This document shows positions 1-14,219 of a stretch of DNA of 64,000 bases, in pieces. The notes under the pieces were generated by a model. It worked only from the letters and a program-made list of their open reading frames with translations. It was not told the origin of the DNA and did no database searches. The position numbers were made by a program, and so were the translations under genes. Location of the stretch: NCBI GenBank assembly GCA_964106645.2, contig OZ067039.1; one strand, written 5' to 3'. Source of the DNA: Podarcis pityusensis. Its lineage: Eukaryota. Each line of letters begins with the position of its first letter. Position 1 is the first letter of the stretch.

Positions 1-148
1 GGTGTTCTGTTGCGCCAGAAGCGGTTTAGTTATGCTGGCCACATGACCCAGAAAGCTGTCTGTGGACAAACGCCAGCTCCCTTGACCTGAAAGCAAGATG
101 AGTGCTACAACCCCACAGTCAGCTTCGTCCAGGGTTCATTTACCTTTA
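1..148 (+). mobile_element. Sauria SINE, 3' part (truncated by window edge)
   Basis: Matches the 3' half of the copies at 40734 and 55706 (ccagaagcggtttagt...ccacatgacc...gctgtctgtggacaaacgcc) and ends in a tttaccttta tail. Confidence 0.85.
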
Positions 149-152
149 TGTT

Positions 153-156
<4 letters not shown>

Positions 157-198
<42 letters not shown>
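157..198. repeat. (TA)n microsatellite
   Basis: Direct sequence. Confidence 0.95.
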
Positions 199-200
<2 letters not shown>

Positions 201-538
201 TCCACTCATTCATCTCTTGGGTAAATTGCATGCATAATAAAAACACAGCACAGGGGGAAATGAAATGAAGACAGAACAAACTTAAATAAAAAGAGGAAGG
301 TTTCAAAGAGGGTTTGGCCATGGAGAGAGGTACTGGCTGAGTGGCAAAGCAAAGGCTTTGTATACAGTGGATCCTAGGTTCAATCCCTGGCATCCTGAGT
401 TATAGTACATCAGGCCTGGCAGTCCCCTGGGGAGTCACTGTTCATCAGATATGGAACCCGGTGGACCAGTGGTCTGACTCAGTATAAGATAGCATCATCT
501 CTGCCCAAATTCATTCTCATTTTACAGCATGGCATATA

Positions 539-764
539 CAGTGGTACCTCATGTTAAGTACTTGATTCGTTCCAGAGGTCCATTCTTAACCTGAAACAGT
601 TCTTAACCTGAAGCATCACTTTAGATAATGGGGCCTGCTGCTGCTGCTGCCGTGCCACCGGAGCACAATTTCTGTTCTCAACCTGAAGCAAAGTTCTTAA
701 CCCGAGGTAATATTTCTGGGTTAGCGGAGTCTGTAACCTGAAGCGTATGTAACCCGAGGTACCG
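539..764. mobile_element. Tc1/mariner (Tigger-like) non-autonomous MITE
   Basis: TA-CAGTGGTACCTC ... GAGGTACC(act)G-TA terminal inverted repeats; same TIR as the elements at 17711 and 61643. Confidence 0.8.
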
Positions 765-3700
765 TAACAACAGCAGCAGTTGGTGGGGTGGCAAAAAGGC
801 AGCACAGAATTGTGCTCCTGATTTCCTAGGCAGCATCGTTGCTGCTTCCCAAAAGGAACAGAGGTGAAACATGGGAAGATCAGTCTAGTGTAGGTACACT
901 GATAGGCACCACTGATTGGCTCTGCCACTGCACCTGCCCCAAGCTGAGCTCTCTGCACATTGCCATTCCCCCCTTGTAAGCAGCAGCAAAGCTCACTGTT
1001 TGGAAGCCAGATGCACCACACCACGCTGCTTGTGGTGCCACACCAATCACTGCTGCATAACATCATAATGCCAGGGCGGGATGATGACGGATGGGAAAGC
1101 AGAGTGGTGAAGAGGGCACAGAGGAAGAGCTGTGTTGTTACCGACAGCTTCATCTCGTAATCAAAGGGAATGGTTTTACTAGCCCTCTCCAATCCCAGTG
1201 CTTTGAGGGAGGGAACAGCTTTGCAACAGCCAAACTCTAAGCGCTAGGATGAAGAGTTCCTTTATGACTGACGGCTTTAAATTGTAATCAGAGAGAATGA
1301 TTTCACCCAGGAAAACAAATCTTTCAGTTCTTCCCACTCCAAAATCAAATTTAAAGGTTCCCAGAACAAAAATACCTGGGCTTATTTGTCTGCCATTCTT
1401 ACCCAGAAGCAACTCTCTCCTGTCTGCAATTTTCAGACCAATTGCCCATTAAACACCAGGGAAGATGAAGTGATTCCTTTTTTACCCGCTCCCAACTGTA
1501 ATGGCTGCCTTTGCAGGGAAAAAAGTACAGCTATCCTTTTGCATTTTTGCATGATTCTTGCCCTCAGAAGGAGTGACCTTGCCTGCAAATGTCATCCAAT
1601 TGTAGCCTTTTTTTTTTTTTAAGTGAGACTTTATTCCTTTTTGGAAAGAAAACAAGCAGACTTGGACTCCTGAGCTGAACTGGGCAGCCTTCAAATTGGT
1701 TCCAGCCAAATCAGGCTGTTTTATGAAGCACTTTGGGGGTGGGGGGGCGTTCAAATGAAATATTGTGATCAGTGAAACCCCCTGGTGTGTGTGCGTGTAA
1801 ATATGTATATGTGTGTATATGCATCTGTATGTGTGCAAATTAATATCTCTGCAGCTTCCATATGTCTGTCCCCAATTTAATTCTCTTTCAACATCATTTC
1901 ATCCATTTCCCAATAAAAACATGTTGGTTCCCATGAAGAAACTGACATATTTATGGTACATTGTTGCATAGTGTTAAGGTTGAAAAGAGTTCAGCAGATT
2001 TGCTGGAAGGTTCTTTACGATCACACCCCCTCATTCTCTTTTAAGTAAATATGTTAAACAAAAACTATAGTTTTAAAAGCACAATTAAATATAGATTTTT
2101 GTCCAGTCATTCTGGGCACAAACTTTCTATCAAACTGTTGACATTTAGTTCATTTTGCACTGGAGGTTACAGAAAGGGGTAACTCTGAAAAGCGCTCCTC
2201 CCCCACTTCCTGTGTTGAAATTTTGAATGGATTCTTATAAATCATATACACCTCCCCTCAGCAATGCTTCAGGAATGCATGTGTAGGAGTAGCCACTAAT
2301 GATGCAGGTGTATCAATAGGCTAAGTCACAGCCCAGACATTTAAACTGCTATAGGAACCCCAAAACCTGAGACATAACCCCTAGGTACTAGTTCTCTCTT
2401 TTTTTAATGTCACAAATCCTTAAGCACTTAAGTTTGTGCTACATTCTTTCACTGTATCAAATGTGATGCAATGGAACATTTATCTGCTCTAAGCAGCCTA
2501 CCACTATTTTGTAGTAACACACTAACATAACTGCAGTTGCCTGCTGCTAGACTATCTTTCCTCCCATTACAGGACCATTTACTACTAACTGCTCTGCGGA
2601 TACAAATCCAGGACAGAGCAAAAAGGCAGGTGAAGTCAACATCTGGCACTTACTCCAGGGAGACTAATTCTTATTATTTATTTTTTAAAGGTGTGGTGTT
2701 TAATATATGCATTCCATTCTGCAAAGTTGTGAGCAACTACGAGGACTTAGTCAAAAAAGCAGAATATAAATCTATTTAAGAAAATAAAGTGAGTTACTTA
2801 GACATAAAAGAAATGAGAATATGGAACGAGGTTCGAATCAAGCACAACAGCACCTCTCCCTTCTGGGGTTTTTAAGTAAACTTAAAACTTTTTAAGATGT
2901 TATGCTTGTCATCTGTTTCATATAAATTCTCTTAAATCAGTTGGAACATGAAGCGTATTACAGGGCTTAAGAATGGCAAGACGTATGTTGCTGCTATCAT
3001 TTTAAGATCCCAAAGTATACTGGTCATTGCATCAGTAACAAGTTTGTAAGCTACTCCAATTATTTTTATTTTGCATACTGTAACTGCATCCTATGGAGCT
3101 GTTGTTGATATTGAGATGCATTTTTTAAAAAATGTTGTTAGTTCTAGATAATTTGTCTTGAATGACAAAAGTATTGACAGCTTGTTAGAAATTCATTTGA
3201 GTTACTGTGCAAAAGTGAAATGTACCAATAGCCTCATTGTTCTGTTGGTTGAAATTAGTGTACTTAACATCCACACCAGCAGTGTGCTGTGCAATACGTG
3301 TAATGCAGAGAAGTACAGCAATTGCCCCACAGTTATTAAATTCCTTTCCTGGAGTCTTGCCAAATACTAACGGAGCCTCTTTCAGACACACTATGAGACC
3401 TCTTCATTTTGGCTGGCTTTTGGCTTCAAGATTTAAGCTCTCAATTGGGCTGAGGCTTTATGTCTTATTTGGTCTGACATTATCAGGATTTTTCTGTGTA
3501 CTTTTATTATTTTAACCGTTCCCTATTTCTGTGGATGGGGAAGGCTTGTGCTTTAAATATAATCCATAAATAAAAGAATGAATGCATGAACATAAGTAAT
3601 TTCAGCAGCTGGAACCATGAGGAAGAAGAAATTTATCAACATAAATATAATGAAAAAAGACATGTACTTTCAAAGCACATGCTTTTAGTTCTGCAGAACA

Positions 3701-6309
3701 ATTAGCACAGGTCTTAATGTTTAAACCCAAAACAGATTAAGGATTTTACCTTTTTGTGACATTTGTAAACAGCCATATGCCTATCTCCCTTTTTATTCTT
3801 CTTCTTATTATTAACATTTATATCCCACTTTTCTTCCACTGAAAAGGCAGTCTCCCATCAAGGCATGGATAAAACCCAGATTTGTTTCACTTTAGCAAGA
3901 CTACTGACTGCATTATGTTTCATCAGACCATGCCCTGGAACCACTTCTTACAATTCCCCAAATTTCTGAAGCCCAGAATATGTGAGAGGCAGCACAATGG
4001 CACTAATGTCAGAAGTACCCAAATTCAAAGATTGCTTTATCACTGACGATTTTTGTGGTCTTAGACCCTAATCTGCAACATGAGAAGAACTAGAGGCCTA
4101 CAGCAAATGTTTAGACTGTCCATTTCCAACATATACAATTCTTCCATTCCAGCTACCTAATCAGTACCCTAATGGAGAATGTCTCTGTGGGCTACTTTGG
4201 ATATAATTATTTTGGCTTCAAAAACTTTATGCATCCTCTCAATTTCACTAGGACCTCTCTCCCCAACAACAAGACTTTTACCCCGTCTTGCCCACTTCAA
4301 AAGTGCCAAAACGGGCGAATAATATCAAAAATAGTTTTAAAACAAATCACTAAAATAAATGTATATAGCTAACAAAAATTAAACAGGGAAAGGGTGACAG
4401 ATAAAAAAGAAGCTATGCTTTCGTGCTCTTAAGCATAAAGGGATAGTGTCCCTGCAGTCCTCATCTTACAAGAGAGAGTCAACATTTTCTGAGGTTTAAT
4501 CAAGGCTGCCAAATAATCTGGTTTTGGGACTGAAATTATTTGCTTGTTTATGCCATTGTATATACAATTGTTGTTTATGTATGAACGACATAATTCAAGT
4601 GAATAACCTGTTCCTCTTTCTTTTTTCTTTAAAAAAACCCTCAAAGAATTTTTAAAATAATTTTCATTATGGCAGTTGAAGATTAATTGAAAGCCCTGGC
4701 CTGAAGTATCTGTATTTCTGCACACAATTAATGTGACAAATTATGTTCCGACGTACTTCCCTGAGTGAGAAAGGCTGTAATTATGTTATGAGAGCCTATA
4801 ACTGAAATGTATGTTTAAATAATAAATACGTGTTTCCAAAATCATTTTAAATCTACATATTTAACATGCATCTCAATCCTCAAAGTGCTGTGCTAGCAAA
4901 AGTCCTATTTTCTTCAGTGGCACAGACACCAGTGCAGAGTCTCAATAAATGGCTTGATAATCAGCTTCCATTTCATGCCTATAAATACTGCAATTACAAA
5001 GCTTGAATACATGCAAAATACATTAAAATTACAATATTTGCACTGCAAATTGCTTATGGTGTGTGCCTTACAGCAGCAAGACTATTTCAGAATGAACACT
5101 TGAGAGCTCATGTCCTTTGTTTCTCAAATGCACATGTAAAATATTAATTTAGATCTAAAGGGGGAGGTCTAAATAAAGGTGCTTTTAAAATTTATCCCCT
5201 GCAGTTAACTGTATTGGATCAATTCATTTCGGAGTGTAATGTAAACTGGATGAAACTGATTCTTAGCCCTTAAAAATGCTGTACCCCAATGCCAATATTT
5301 TCAATAGAGTTAGAAATATGGAAGGGAAGTATAAAAGAAATTAATCTTTTAAATGAAAGTTCTATACCTCCGAAGAAAGAAACAGATTACTTGTTTTGTT
5401 TGTGGGGGGAGCTCCCTGAATGACCACATTTAAAGGAAAAGATGCAGTATGGTTCAACTTTGCACAGGCGACAAGGTACCTAAGATGGGGCTCACATTGA
5501 AATATGTGCATTCCACGCCTCACAGTACAGCAATGGCACCTTGGAAGAATCTTGTTTATTTAAGCATCATGGTGAAGCATCTCTTGCAACCAATGGCACA
5601 GCTGCCAATGCCTTATTGGTCAACCAAATTTCCATGAAGAAAATAAAGATGAAGTTCACATCTTTATTGGTACCTACTGTAAAATGAACCCTCATACTTT
5701 TCAAGAACCAAAGACCAAACTGCAAAACTGCTGTGGCAACCATAAAAATCAAAGAAATGTTGTCTTCTTGGCTAGACCTTAAGTAACATATGATCAAATG
5801 CTTATTCATTTGAGAGCCAGCTCAAACATACAGGCACTCACATGTTGCAATCATCACTTGGAATGATACCACTTCAGAATGGGGCATTATGAATATAAGA
5901 AGCCTTATATACTGAGTTGCATCATTGGTTCATCTAGCCCAGTGCTATCTATTGTGACTCGAAATGGCGCCCAATGTCTTAAGCATAAATCATTCTCTGC
6001 ACTAATACCTGAGACACTTCAACAGCAGATTCTGGGGAATTAGCCTAGGATGCTTTTCATGCAAAGGATATGCTCTACCACAGAGGTATGGCTTCTCCCC
6101 TAAGTGCATGTCATACATTTCATTGCATTTTTATATATGCTGGAAGCCACCCAGAGTGGCTGGGGAAACCCAGCCAGATGGACGGGGTTTAAATAATAAA
6201 GTTGGTTTTATTAAGCCTTCTTCTCATCTTGGCATAGTTTCTCCATTCACATTGAATTCTCCTTTGTCACAGCAAATGGGTGAATCCATCAATTTCACTT
6301 TCAATTTCT

Positions 6310-6690
6310 TAATTTTCCAATCTTAAATCCAGTAGTCCACATCTCCACATCATTTTGCAATTTTAAAAAAATGCATTTTAGTGAATTTCTCCTAATATTC
6401 ACATTTGTGTTCAGTTTTGCAACAGATACACATTTCTGCAAAGGAATGTCCCCCAAAATAATGCATTTTTGTTATGTTATCTTAACTGACAAATGCATTT
6501 TAATGCACACTCTACCCCAATGTATACACTTTTTATATATCACTTGGCTGAAGAACTGCATTGCAAAATTCAAAGAAGTGTGAATTTTGGAAGATGGTTG
6601 TTTTGATTCTCAGATTGTTGCTGTTGTTTTAAAAAATGCTAATTAGTTACGTTCTCCTTTAAATCCAAACTGAATCTTCCTCATTCCTAG
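6310..6690. repeat. Old interspersed repeat, reverse-complement relative of 18100-18470
   Basis: gcattttagtgaatttctcctaata here vs tattaggagaaatttgtactaaaatgc at ~18320; family not identified, boundaries approximate. Confidence 0.4.
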
Positions 6691-7775
6691 AACAGCTTCG
6701 CTACACTCTCCTGCCATTTGAAGCTTGACAATTTTTTGCAAGACTCAATATGTGTGTGTGTGTGCTGGGGATGTTCTTCTAATAATTTGTTGGCACATGA
6801 AGATCTCCTACATCAGAGATGATTGTAGATTGACAGTAAGCCTTTTCCTTACTAGTTCTCCAGATGTGGAAGATCTTGACATAAGAGGCACTCAAACAAA
6901 TGATCTATTATATCACATGAGCACCTACACATTTCAATTGCCTCTAAAGCTGCCATTTTCAAATCACTTTTTGTGAAGTAGTCCCATTATAGTCCAACAA
7001 CTGCTATTGGATTAAGTAATTTCAACAGCCATGTCACCACTGACATGGCCACAAATTTGCGGCATAAATTGATGGGAAATAGAAAAGGAAGGAAAATGTC
7101 AACAAATGAGTAGAAAAAATGATTAACTAAGGTATGGATATTGCAGCACAAAGAATATAAAGTCAGTGGCCCCATTCACACACCATGCTAAGCCCAACCA
7201 TGTTTTAGCACAAACATACAGGATCTTGAAGAGGAGGTCACAACTAGCTTGCTCCTCCCCAGTTGTTCAGCTGCCGCGTTGAGCTTAGCCATAGTTTAGT
7301 AAGTCATTTGGATGGCTTAGTAAGTCATCTGGAATATGGTTTGGTTCTCTTGGACAAACAACAAGCAATAAATCATAGGACCAACTTTGGCTATAGTTCA
7401 TGGCTAGTCTGGAGAGCGCTAAACCATAAGCCAGGGTTCAGATGACACACTAAATCAAGCTATGGCATAGCATAGCACAATGCAACAGAGGAATGACCAG
7501 GGAGCAGCAAAACAGTTATGAGTTCCTCTCTTGGGGCCTGCATACTTGCACATTCACACTAAACCATGGTTTGCCAAAACGAGTTGTGCAAACCAGTGCC
7601 TGGTTAAAAAGAAGAAGAATTATAATTAAGCGCTGGATTATTTTATTCATGTTCAGGCAAATTAGGGTAACTGAGACTACCAGTGGGGTGTTTTTTTGGG
7701 GGGGGACTGTGACATAGATTATTATATTTTAGACTGTCAATAGACTGACTAGAAATGATAATGTGAACAAGGACA

Positions 7776-7949
7776 AGTAAAAAAATTCCTTCCTGTAGCA
7801 CCTTAAAGACCAACTAAGTTAGTTCTTGGTATAAGCTTTCGTGTGCATGCACACTTCTTCAGATACAAACTAGTTGGTCTTTAAGGTGCTACAGGAAGGA
7901 ATTTTTTTACTTCGACTATGGCAGACCAACACGGCTACCCATCTGTAAC
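7776..7949. mobile_element. Penelope-like element terminal (pseudo-LTR) fragment with inverted arms
   Basis: 12-bp TSD tgaacaaggaca (7764-7775 / 7950-7961); perfect inverted repeat 7775-7816 / 7871-7912; motifs gtagcaccttaaagaccaac and cagaccaacacggctacc typical of squamate PLE ends. Confidence 0.8.
7829..7866 (-). ncRNA. Minimal type I hammerhead ribozyme motif (PLE-associated)
   Basis: Minus strand GUAU-CUGAAGA-A-GUGUG-CAUG-CACAC-GAAA-GC-UU-AUAC: core CUGANGA, stem II, GAAA, minimal palindromic stem III (AGCU), stem I GUAU/AUAC. Confidence 0.72.
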
Positions 7950-8087
7950 TGAACAAGGACAGTGGCACTATATTTGTGCCAAGGATTGCTCTAGTGATTT
8001 TATATAAAATGGGAGGAATAAGGAAATCTTTCTCATTGTTACTGCAATAGAACAGGGCCTAAAAGAAAGAAAGCTGGCTATAAACTA

Positions 8088-8384
<297 letters not shown>

Positions 8385-9814
8385 CTAGAGAGAGAGATCT
8401 CTCTACTTTGTGTGCGAGAGATCCCAAACCAGATCTTTGAAAAGGGAATGTTTGCCATTAAAATTTTATTTTGTTTCCATTGTTTCTCTTGAGAAGATAA
8501 TCGTGTTTGGCAGGCCATAGAAAGAAAATAGCAGCATTGCTGGCTGAAGCCTGACTAGAGAATAGAGCACATTTTTGTAACACTGAATTCAGGTCTCCAC
8601 AAAACATGATCCTGGGCTGTCTTTGAGTTCCATTATAACAAAGCTCAAATTTTATTTGGAGAACTTACTGTGTCTAGAGTGTTCCTTGTGTCGTGGAACC
8701 ATTTTATCCAATTAATAAGTTTTATAAAATCATTTTTTAATTTTGTTAGCATGATATTGCACAGCCAATATGGTGTCATGTATTAGCAGTCGTCTGCTAA
8801 TTCACATTTGTGAAAGAATTAGATGCTTTAAAATGTTCCATTACTTTAATACCATGAAAGAAAGCAGCAGCGCTACACTTATAATAGGTTACCTATGCCT
8901 GTATTTCTCCCCACTGTTATAAAAACAACATGCCCCTTGAGACCATAGTTGTATGTAGTTGATCAATCTTTTAAGGGAAGTAATTCTATGGGGAATTTTT
9001 TTTTTAATGGGCACAAGAGTCCATTGCAAATTCCACCTAAGTTTTCTAGCCTTAACACAACGGACTTGCCCAACCCTTTCTCCAATGGTAAAACTGACTA
9101 GCAAGACCAGCCTCCCATGATATATTCTTTATAATTATTTGTACCAAGCTATGAGGCTGTGGGTGAGTCCACAGGTGGAGGCTGGAAGTGAGCAACCGAC
9201 CATCACTTTTCTAAAGAGCTTGCAAAAAGGCTTGAAATAATGTATCTAAAGAGAGATGGGCCCAGAGGCAACTGACAAATTAGAGAGTTTCCCTCAGTTT
9301 GGCCTTTCTAATCTTGTTCACTGACTGAGCAGATTCCATTGCTTTCCTTGAATCCCAAATTGGGGGAGATTCACAAGACTTGGTCCTTTGGTGGTGGGCT
9401 AACTCAGTGACTGCACAGTTTTGATGTGCCAAGACTCGGAAAAGATTCATGGGTTTGATCCTTTTGAGGTGGATTTAGAACTATGCAGCTCCTGTATGAA
9501 ACAGTGGTTGTTGTTTTAAAAAACATGGATTTTGAACAATTTGTCTATTGAATTGAGTTGACAAAGGTATTTGCCGGGTTGGTAGTTTCTATCACAAAGT
9601 GAAAACTGAAGGTTGTGAAAATCTGGCACATTCCCCTTCACCTCATGCATGAACCTCAGAATAAGAAAATAATAAGAAAATATCGGGGGGGGGGGTGTAA
9701 TTGTGTAAATTTATTTCAAGGGGACTTTGCACACACACTTTTTTGTGTAATGCAAGATAGAAGGGACATTTCTATTTCCACTCGCCTTTTCTGTGCATCT
9801 ATGCTGTGCTTCCT

Positions 9815-9920
9815 CGACTTGGTACCATCTGGAAGTTATGGACTACAACTCCAATCAGATCCAGCCAGTATGGCTGTGCTGGCTGGGGCTGATGGGATTT
9901 GTATTCCAAAGTCATCAGTT
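9815..9920. mobile_element. Degenerate hAT-type MITE (family of 13213)
   Basis: ggactacaactcc...gctgatgggatttgtattcc internal palindrome shared with 13213, 22186 and 30570; boundaries approximate. Confidence 0.5.
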
Positions 9921-12900
9921 TGGCAAAGATTGTTCTATGAAATTCCTGAATTTGTATGTAAAAACCTGGTGCAAAGGGAGCATTCAAACTCTCTGCCTTG
10001 CATGCAATTAATTTGTGCAAGTTCAACTAGCCAGCTCTGAATGGCGGACGGTTGAAATCGCACAAGCTAACTGTGCATAGGATGTGATCTTATTGGATCC
10101 TCCTTGGAAGCTTTCCCCAGCCATTGTAAGGCAGGGTGGCGCTTCCCAAACACATCAGATCAGGGTGGAGAAAACCACCCTTGTTTCCAAGGCTCAGGCG
10201 CTTCCCTCAGTGGTTCCTATGCACTACCTGTCTGAACATCTCTCCAAATATCAGTCCTTTGAAGCTTTTACCAGGCACATTCTGAGCAGCAGTTAGCACC
10301 AGGAGTCAGATAAAAACCAAAAGAAATGCTTTTGATTTCTGACTAATTTTTCAAGCAGTTTAAAGGAAGAGTTTATCTTTTCCAATATGAAACTTTCAAC
10401 AGGAATATGAAGATTCTCAACAATTTACCTCACCCTTAGTTTGATGCATGCATAATTAACATGGCATGAATTTTATCCAAATAAAAATGGTCTCAAGAGA
10501 AACATGCCAGAGGGTCCTGGATTCAAATCCAGGCCATCTTGGGTAGCCTTGAGCAAGTTTCTCCCTCCCAGCCAAAGACCCTTGGTAGAAAAATTAAATA
10601 ATACAGATCCACTACATGGGACTGTCCAGAAGATAGATCACTTTGATTTCAATGCACTTGAGCACACTCAACTATGGGTTGGATGTGTTCAACTCTGTGT
10701 TCACCATCTAGAGGCAACTGGTTGAAAGTCATTTGCAGTTCTCCATCAATATTTTGGGGAGCAGCATGAAATATATTTAGAATTTGAATTTGTACAGATT
10801 GGTAGCATGACAAGGCAGCTAAAACGTATTTGTTTAAAAACAGTGAAAAACATTTTTACCAGTAATGCCATCTGCTAAAGTATAGGAGGACCTTAGATGT
10901 ATACTGTACGAGTGCTACTGTTGTTTCTATTTACGTATTAAGATTATTGCTTTGGCTAAGATTTCATACAAGATTTTGAGGTTTCTAAAAATGTCTGCCT
11001 AGTCACTTGTCTGCCTTCTGGGAAATCTGGTCCTACTGCCTGCTCAAAAAGGGGAGTGAAGAACGGAAAGAAGCCCTTTCCATCCATTACACAGCATCAA
11101 GCTTTGCACCTCAAAAAATGAGCTAACGAAAGGAATCTTACAACACTACAGTCAAGGAATTGCTACATACACACTCAACTAACTTTGATATGTCTACGTT
11201 GGACTTGCATTTCACTCATAAAGCCATGCATGCATTAAAAACTCAAGAAAGCTTCTCACTTTTTTTTTAATAGCTTAACTCATGGTGCTGGGCTTACAGC
11301 TAATAAAAGCAGTTTAAAAATATCGTCCCACGCCCTCCAAGGAATCAAATGCTCTGATTAAATCAGAGCATGGATAAAATTAAAATTGCTTCTCAATTAC
11401 ACACTTCCTGATGGTACATGCACACACCCCACCACATAAGCAAACTTTAACCAATATTCCACATGTCTCGGTGGGAGGGGGATATTTTCTAGAAATTTAC
11501 AAATAATTCATAGTTCAATGAGCACAATGAAACCTGCCATTCTCTCCCTTTCTCCTTGGAGAGGAGATTATTAGCAGCAGGAGGAAAGGAGGTATGTTGA
11601 CTGTTTTCCTCCTTTTTAACAAAAGGGAAGGCATGGATGTAAAAATAAGGTTAACAGGTTCCAGGGTTTTAACTGGAAGTTTCAGGATTTTAGTCCCTTC
11701 TCACATCTGCAGGATAAATGAAATCTCAGGATGAGTTCTGGCTTAACCTCCATTGCATGTCCATTAGTCTCCATGCCAGGCACAACCAGGTCTTCTCCTG
11801 ACCCACCAAGTGCCGTCACCACCCCACCACCCCACTTTTATTAGCTCCTCATTAAACCCATTACTAAAGCACCAATTCAGCACTTTCAACTCCATGCCTC
11901 TGGAGGAATAAAGCCTTCCAGTTGCCTCCATCTTTTTGTTGACAGTGAAGAACTCCAAATGCTATCATGGCAGGCTGCATTATCAACAAGATAATCTATC
12001 CATTCACTCTTCACTCCATGGTGGGCTAGTATCTTCAGGGATAGTTTTAAATTTTAAGTATCACCCTGAAATTTTATCCCCCCCGTATCCAAAACAAAAC
12101 GGTGTCTTCCTTCTTCAATGCAAGCAGGCAACTGATTGGGGGGGGGGGGGAATTCAGTATGAAAATAGAGACGCCTCCTTCCTACCCTCTCTCAGAGCCA
12201 CTTATTAACAAGATTGATGCTGACCAATAAGACAATGCAATAAATAAACGGAGGCAGGAAGAAGCTAGAAATCACTGAAATAAAAATTTGGTACAAAAGA
12301 CATGGTTTTTAACAATGGGTATGAAAATTATATATTTGGTACTGAACTGGGAAAACAGTCAGCGAATTCTGTAGTAAAATAGTAGAATAGGGAGCCCAGA
12401 TGTCTCAATCTGGAAGAAGCTGCAGGGTTTCTTGAAAACCAGGATGACGACAGACAAACTCTCCTCTTTTGCATCCCAACTATGAGCCAATTCACATGGC
12501 CATTTAGGGCAAAACTAGACATGCAGCTATATTTTGTAATAAAATCTAATCTAATCTGCATCTCAGTGAAGTTGGATAATATGTGATGTAATAACATAAA
12601 GCTGTGTTTGTAGAGGACAGCCTTTCAACAAAAGGAAAAATGCTTAGTGAAAGGACTTCTTATCAGCCACTGCTGCAAAAGAGGAATTGTTTGGACATAT
12701 TGTCCACAGAAGATTGTTTAGGAAACCTTTCCCAAGGGCTTGGTGTTAACTGGGACATCTTTGAAAAAGACTTGATGGTCAAAATGGATCTATACCAGTT
12801 GTTTGGTAGTTTTATGATTCATTGTCCTATTTTTGTTCTTTGAAGGACTCTTTGAAGCATTTGTGGGTCTTATTCTTGACTGTGTCTAAGGGAGACTTTA

Positions 12901-13212
12901 AGCCTTTCCTCTTCACCTTTGTGGTGACCCCAACAAAAATGACCTCCCAGCTGCTACTCGCATAACCAAATGAAGGCTTTCCTTCTTTTGCATATTGCAG
13001 CTTCAGGAAGAACAGGGCAGGGTGGAGGGCACAGCAAGACGGAAACCTACAATCCCACTGAGGGCCCTCCTGCAGCTGCTATTCAATGTGCAAATTACTT
13101 GCATTCAGATAATTAACACCATGTCTAATTTGACCCTAGTTAACATTTTTGACATGGTTATTGGTCTTGGGATAGCAGCTCAAAACATCCTGATCCGACA
13201 CACCATCTAGAG

Positions 13213-13348
13213 CAGTGATGGCCAAACTCGGCCCTCCAGCTATTTTGGGACTGCAATTCCCACCATCCCTGACCACTGGTCCTGTTAGCTAGGGATGGTG
13301 GGAGTTGTAGTCCAACAACAGCTGGAGGTCTGAGTTTGGCCATTACTG
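13213..13348. mobile_element. hAT-superfamily MITE
   Basis: TIRs CAGTGATGGCCAAACT / AGTTTGGCCATTACTG; perfect 8-bp TSD atctagag (13205-13212 / 13349-13356). Confidence 0.88.
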
Positions 13349-13356
13349 ATCTAGAG

Positions 13357-13592
13357 CAGTGGTTCATAACCCCTACCATATGCAACCCATGGGTCCACAT
13401 TTACTTGGCATGGTGACTTGTCAGTTTATTTTCACATGATTTTTGGACCTTTAGGTCCTTGGTGGCCATTGGTTTTGTGCATTTTAGCTGCAAGTTTGTC
13501 TATTAGTTACTTGAGATATTCAAGCAAAAATGAAAAAGCTTTGGATACCCACCCCGCTTGTGGGCCATGAACGACAAGTTGGGGAAATACTG
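13357..13592. mobile_element. Older hAT-type non-autonomous element
   Basis: CAGTGGTTCATAACC ... AGTTGGGGAAATACTG ends; flanked by atctagag / ctctagat. Confidence 0.6.
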
Positions 13593-14219
13593 CTCTAGAT
13601 GAGACCCTAGAGGACTCTCTCTTCTCAGAAGTATGTCCACATCACATCAAAATTTATTTATTTATTATATTTATCAGCAGCTCTGCAACACAATGTTCTT
13701 TGAGCGGTGAACAAATAAGGCAACAGCTTAACAAGATCATAGGATCCAATCAAATAAACACTAAAAGCCAATAACCTAGGCAGTGCAGAGCAACTCTAAA
13801 CTTTCACACTGACAGAAAAATGCAAGAGCAATCTCTTAAGCAGAGATGGTTCTACCATCTGGCAGAATGAGGCAGGCAGCTCAGTCAGTAGGTTTCGGAG
13901 GGCAGCCGAGGCAGCCTCTGCACCCAGCTGTTCTTCCTGAGCTCCCAGCTATTCCCTCCTGCTGAAAAGCAGAGCTGTGTGCCAAAAGGTACAACTCCTA
14001 TACAGTCCAAAGTTACTGGTGGCTGAATCTCCATTGATGCTAGCCAGCAAAACCTCTTAAAGCAGGGTATTTGGGGAGGGGGTAAGATGGGGACAAAACT
14101 GAGCTATCCAAGGATCCACTGGGTTTTTAAGTCAGTCTAGCTACTGGCAAGTTGTTTGTTTGTTTGTTTGTTATTGCTGCTGCTACTGCTACTATTAATT
14201 TATTATTGACCTTCTAAAC

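Noticed and set aside
422-434. EBF-like palindromic site tcccctgggga (possible autoregulation); similar near-matches at ~12730 and ~51155
   Set aside because: Imperfect matches to TCCCNNGGGA expected by chance in 64 kb; the first lies in a SINE-like repeat.
554-1192. 212-aa minus-strand ORF
   Set aside because: Runs through a MITE and unique intron sequence; no recognisable protein motif.
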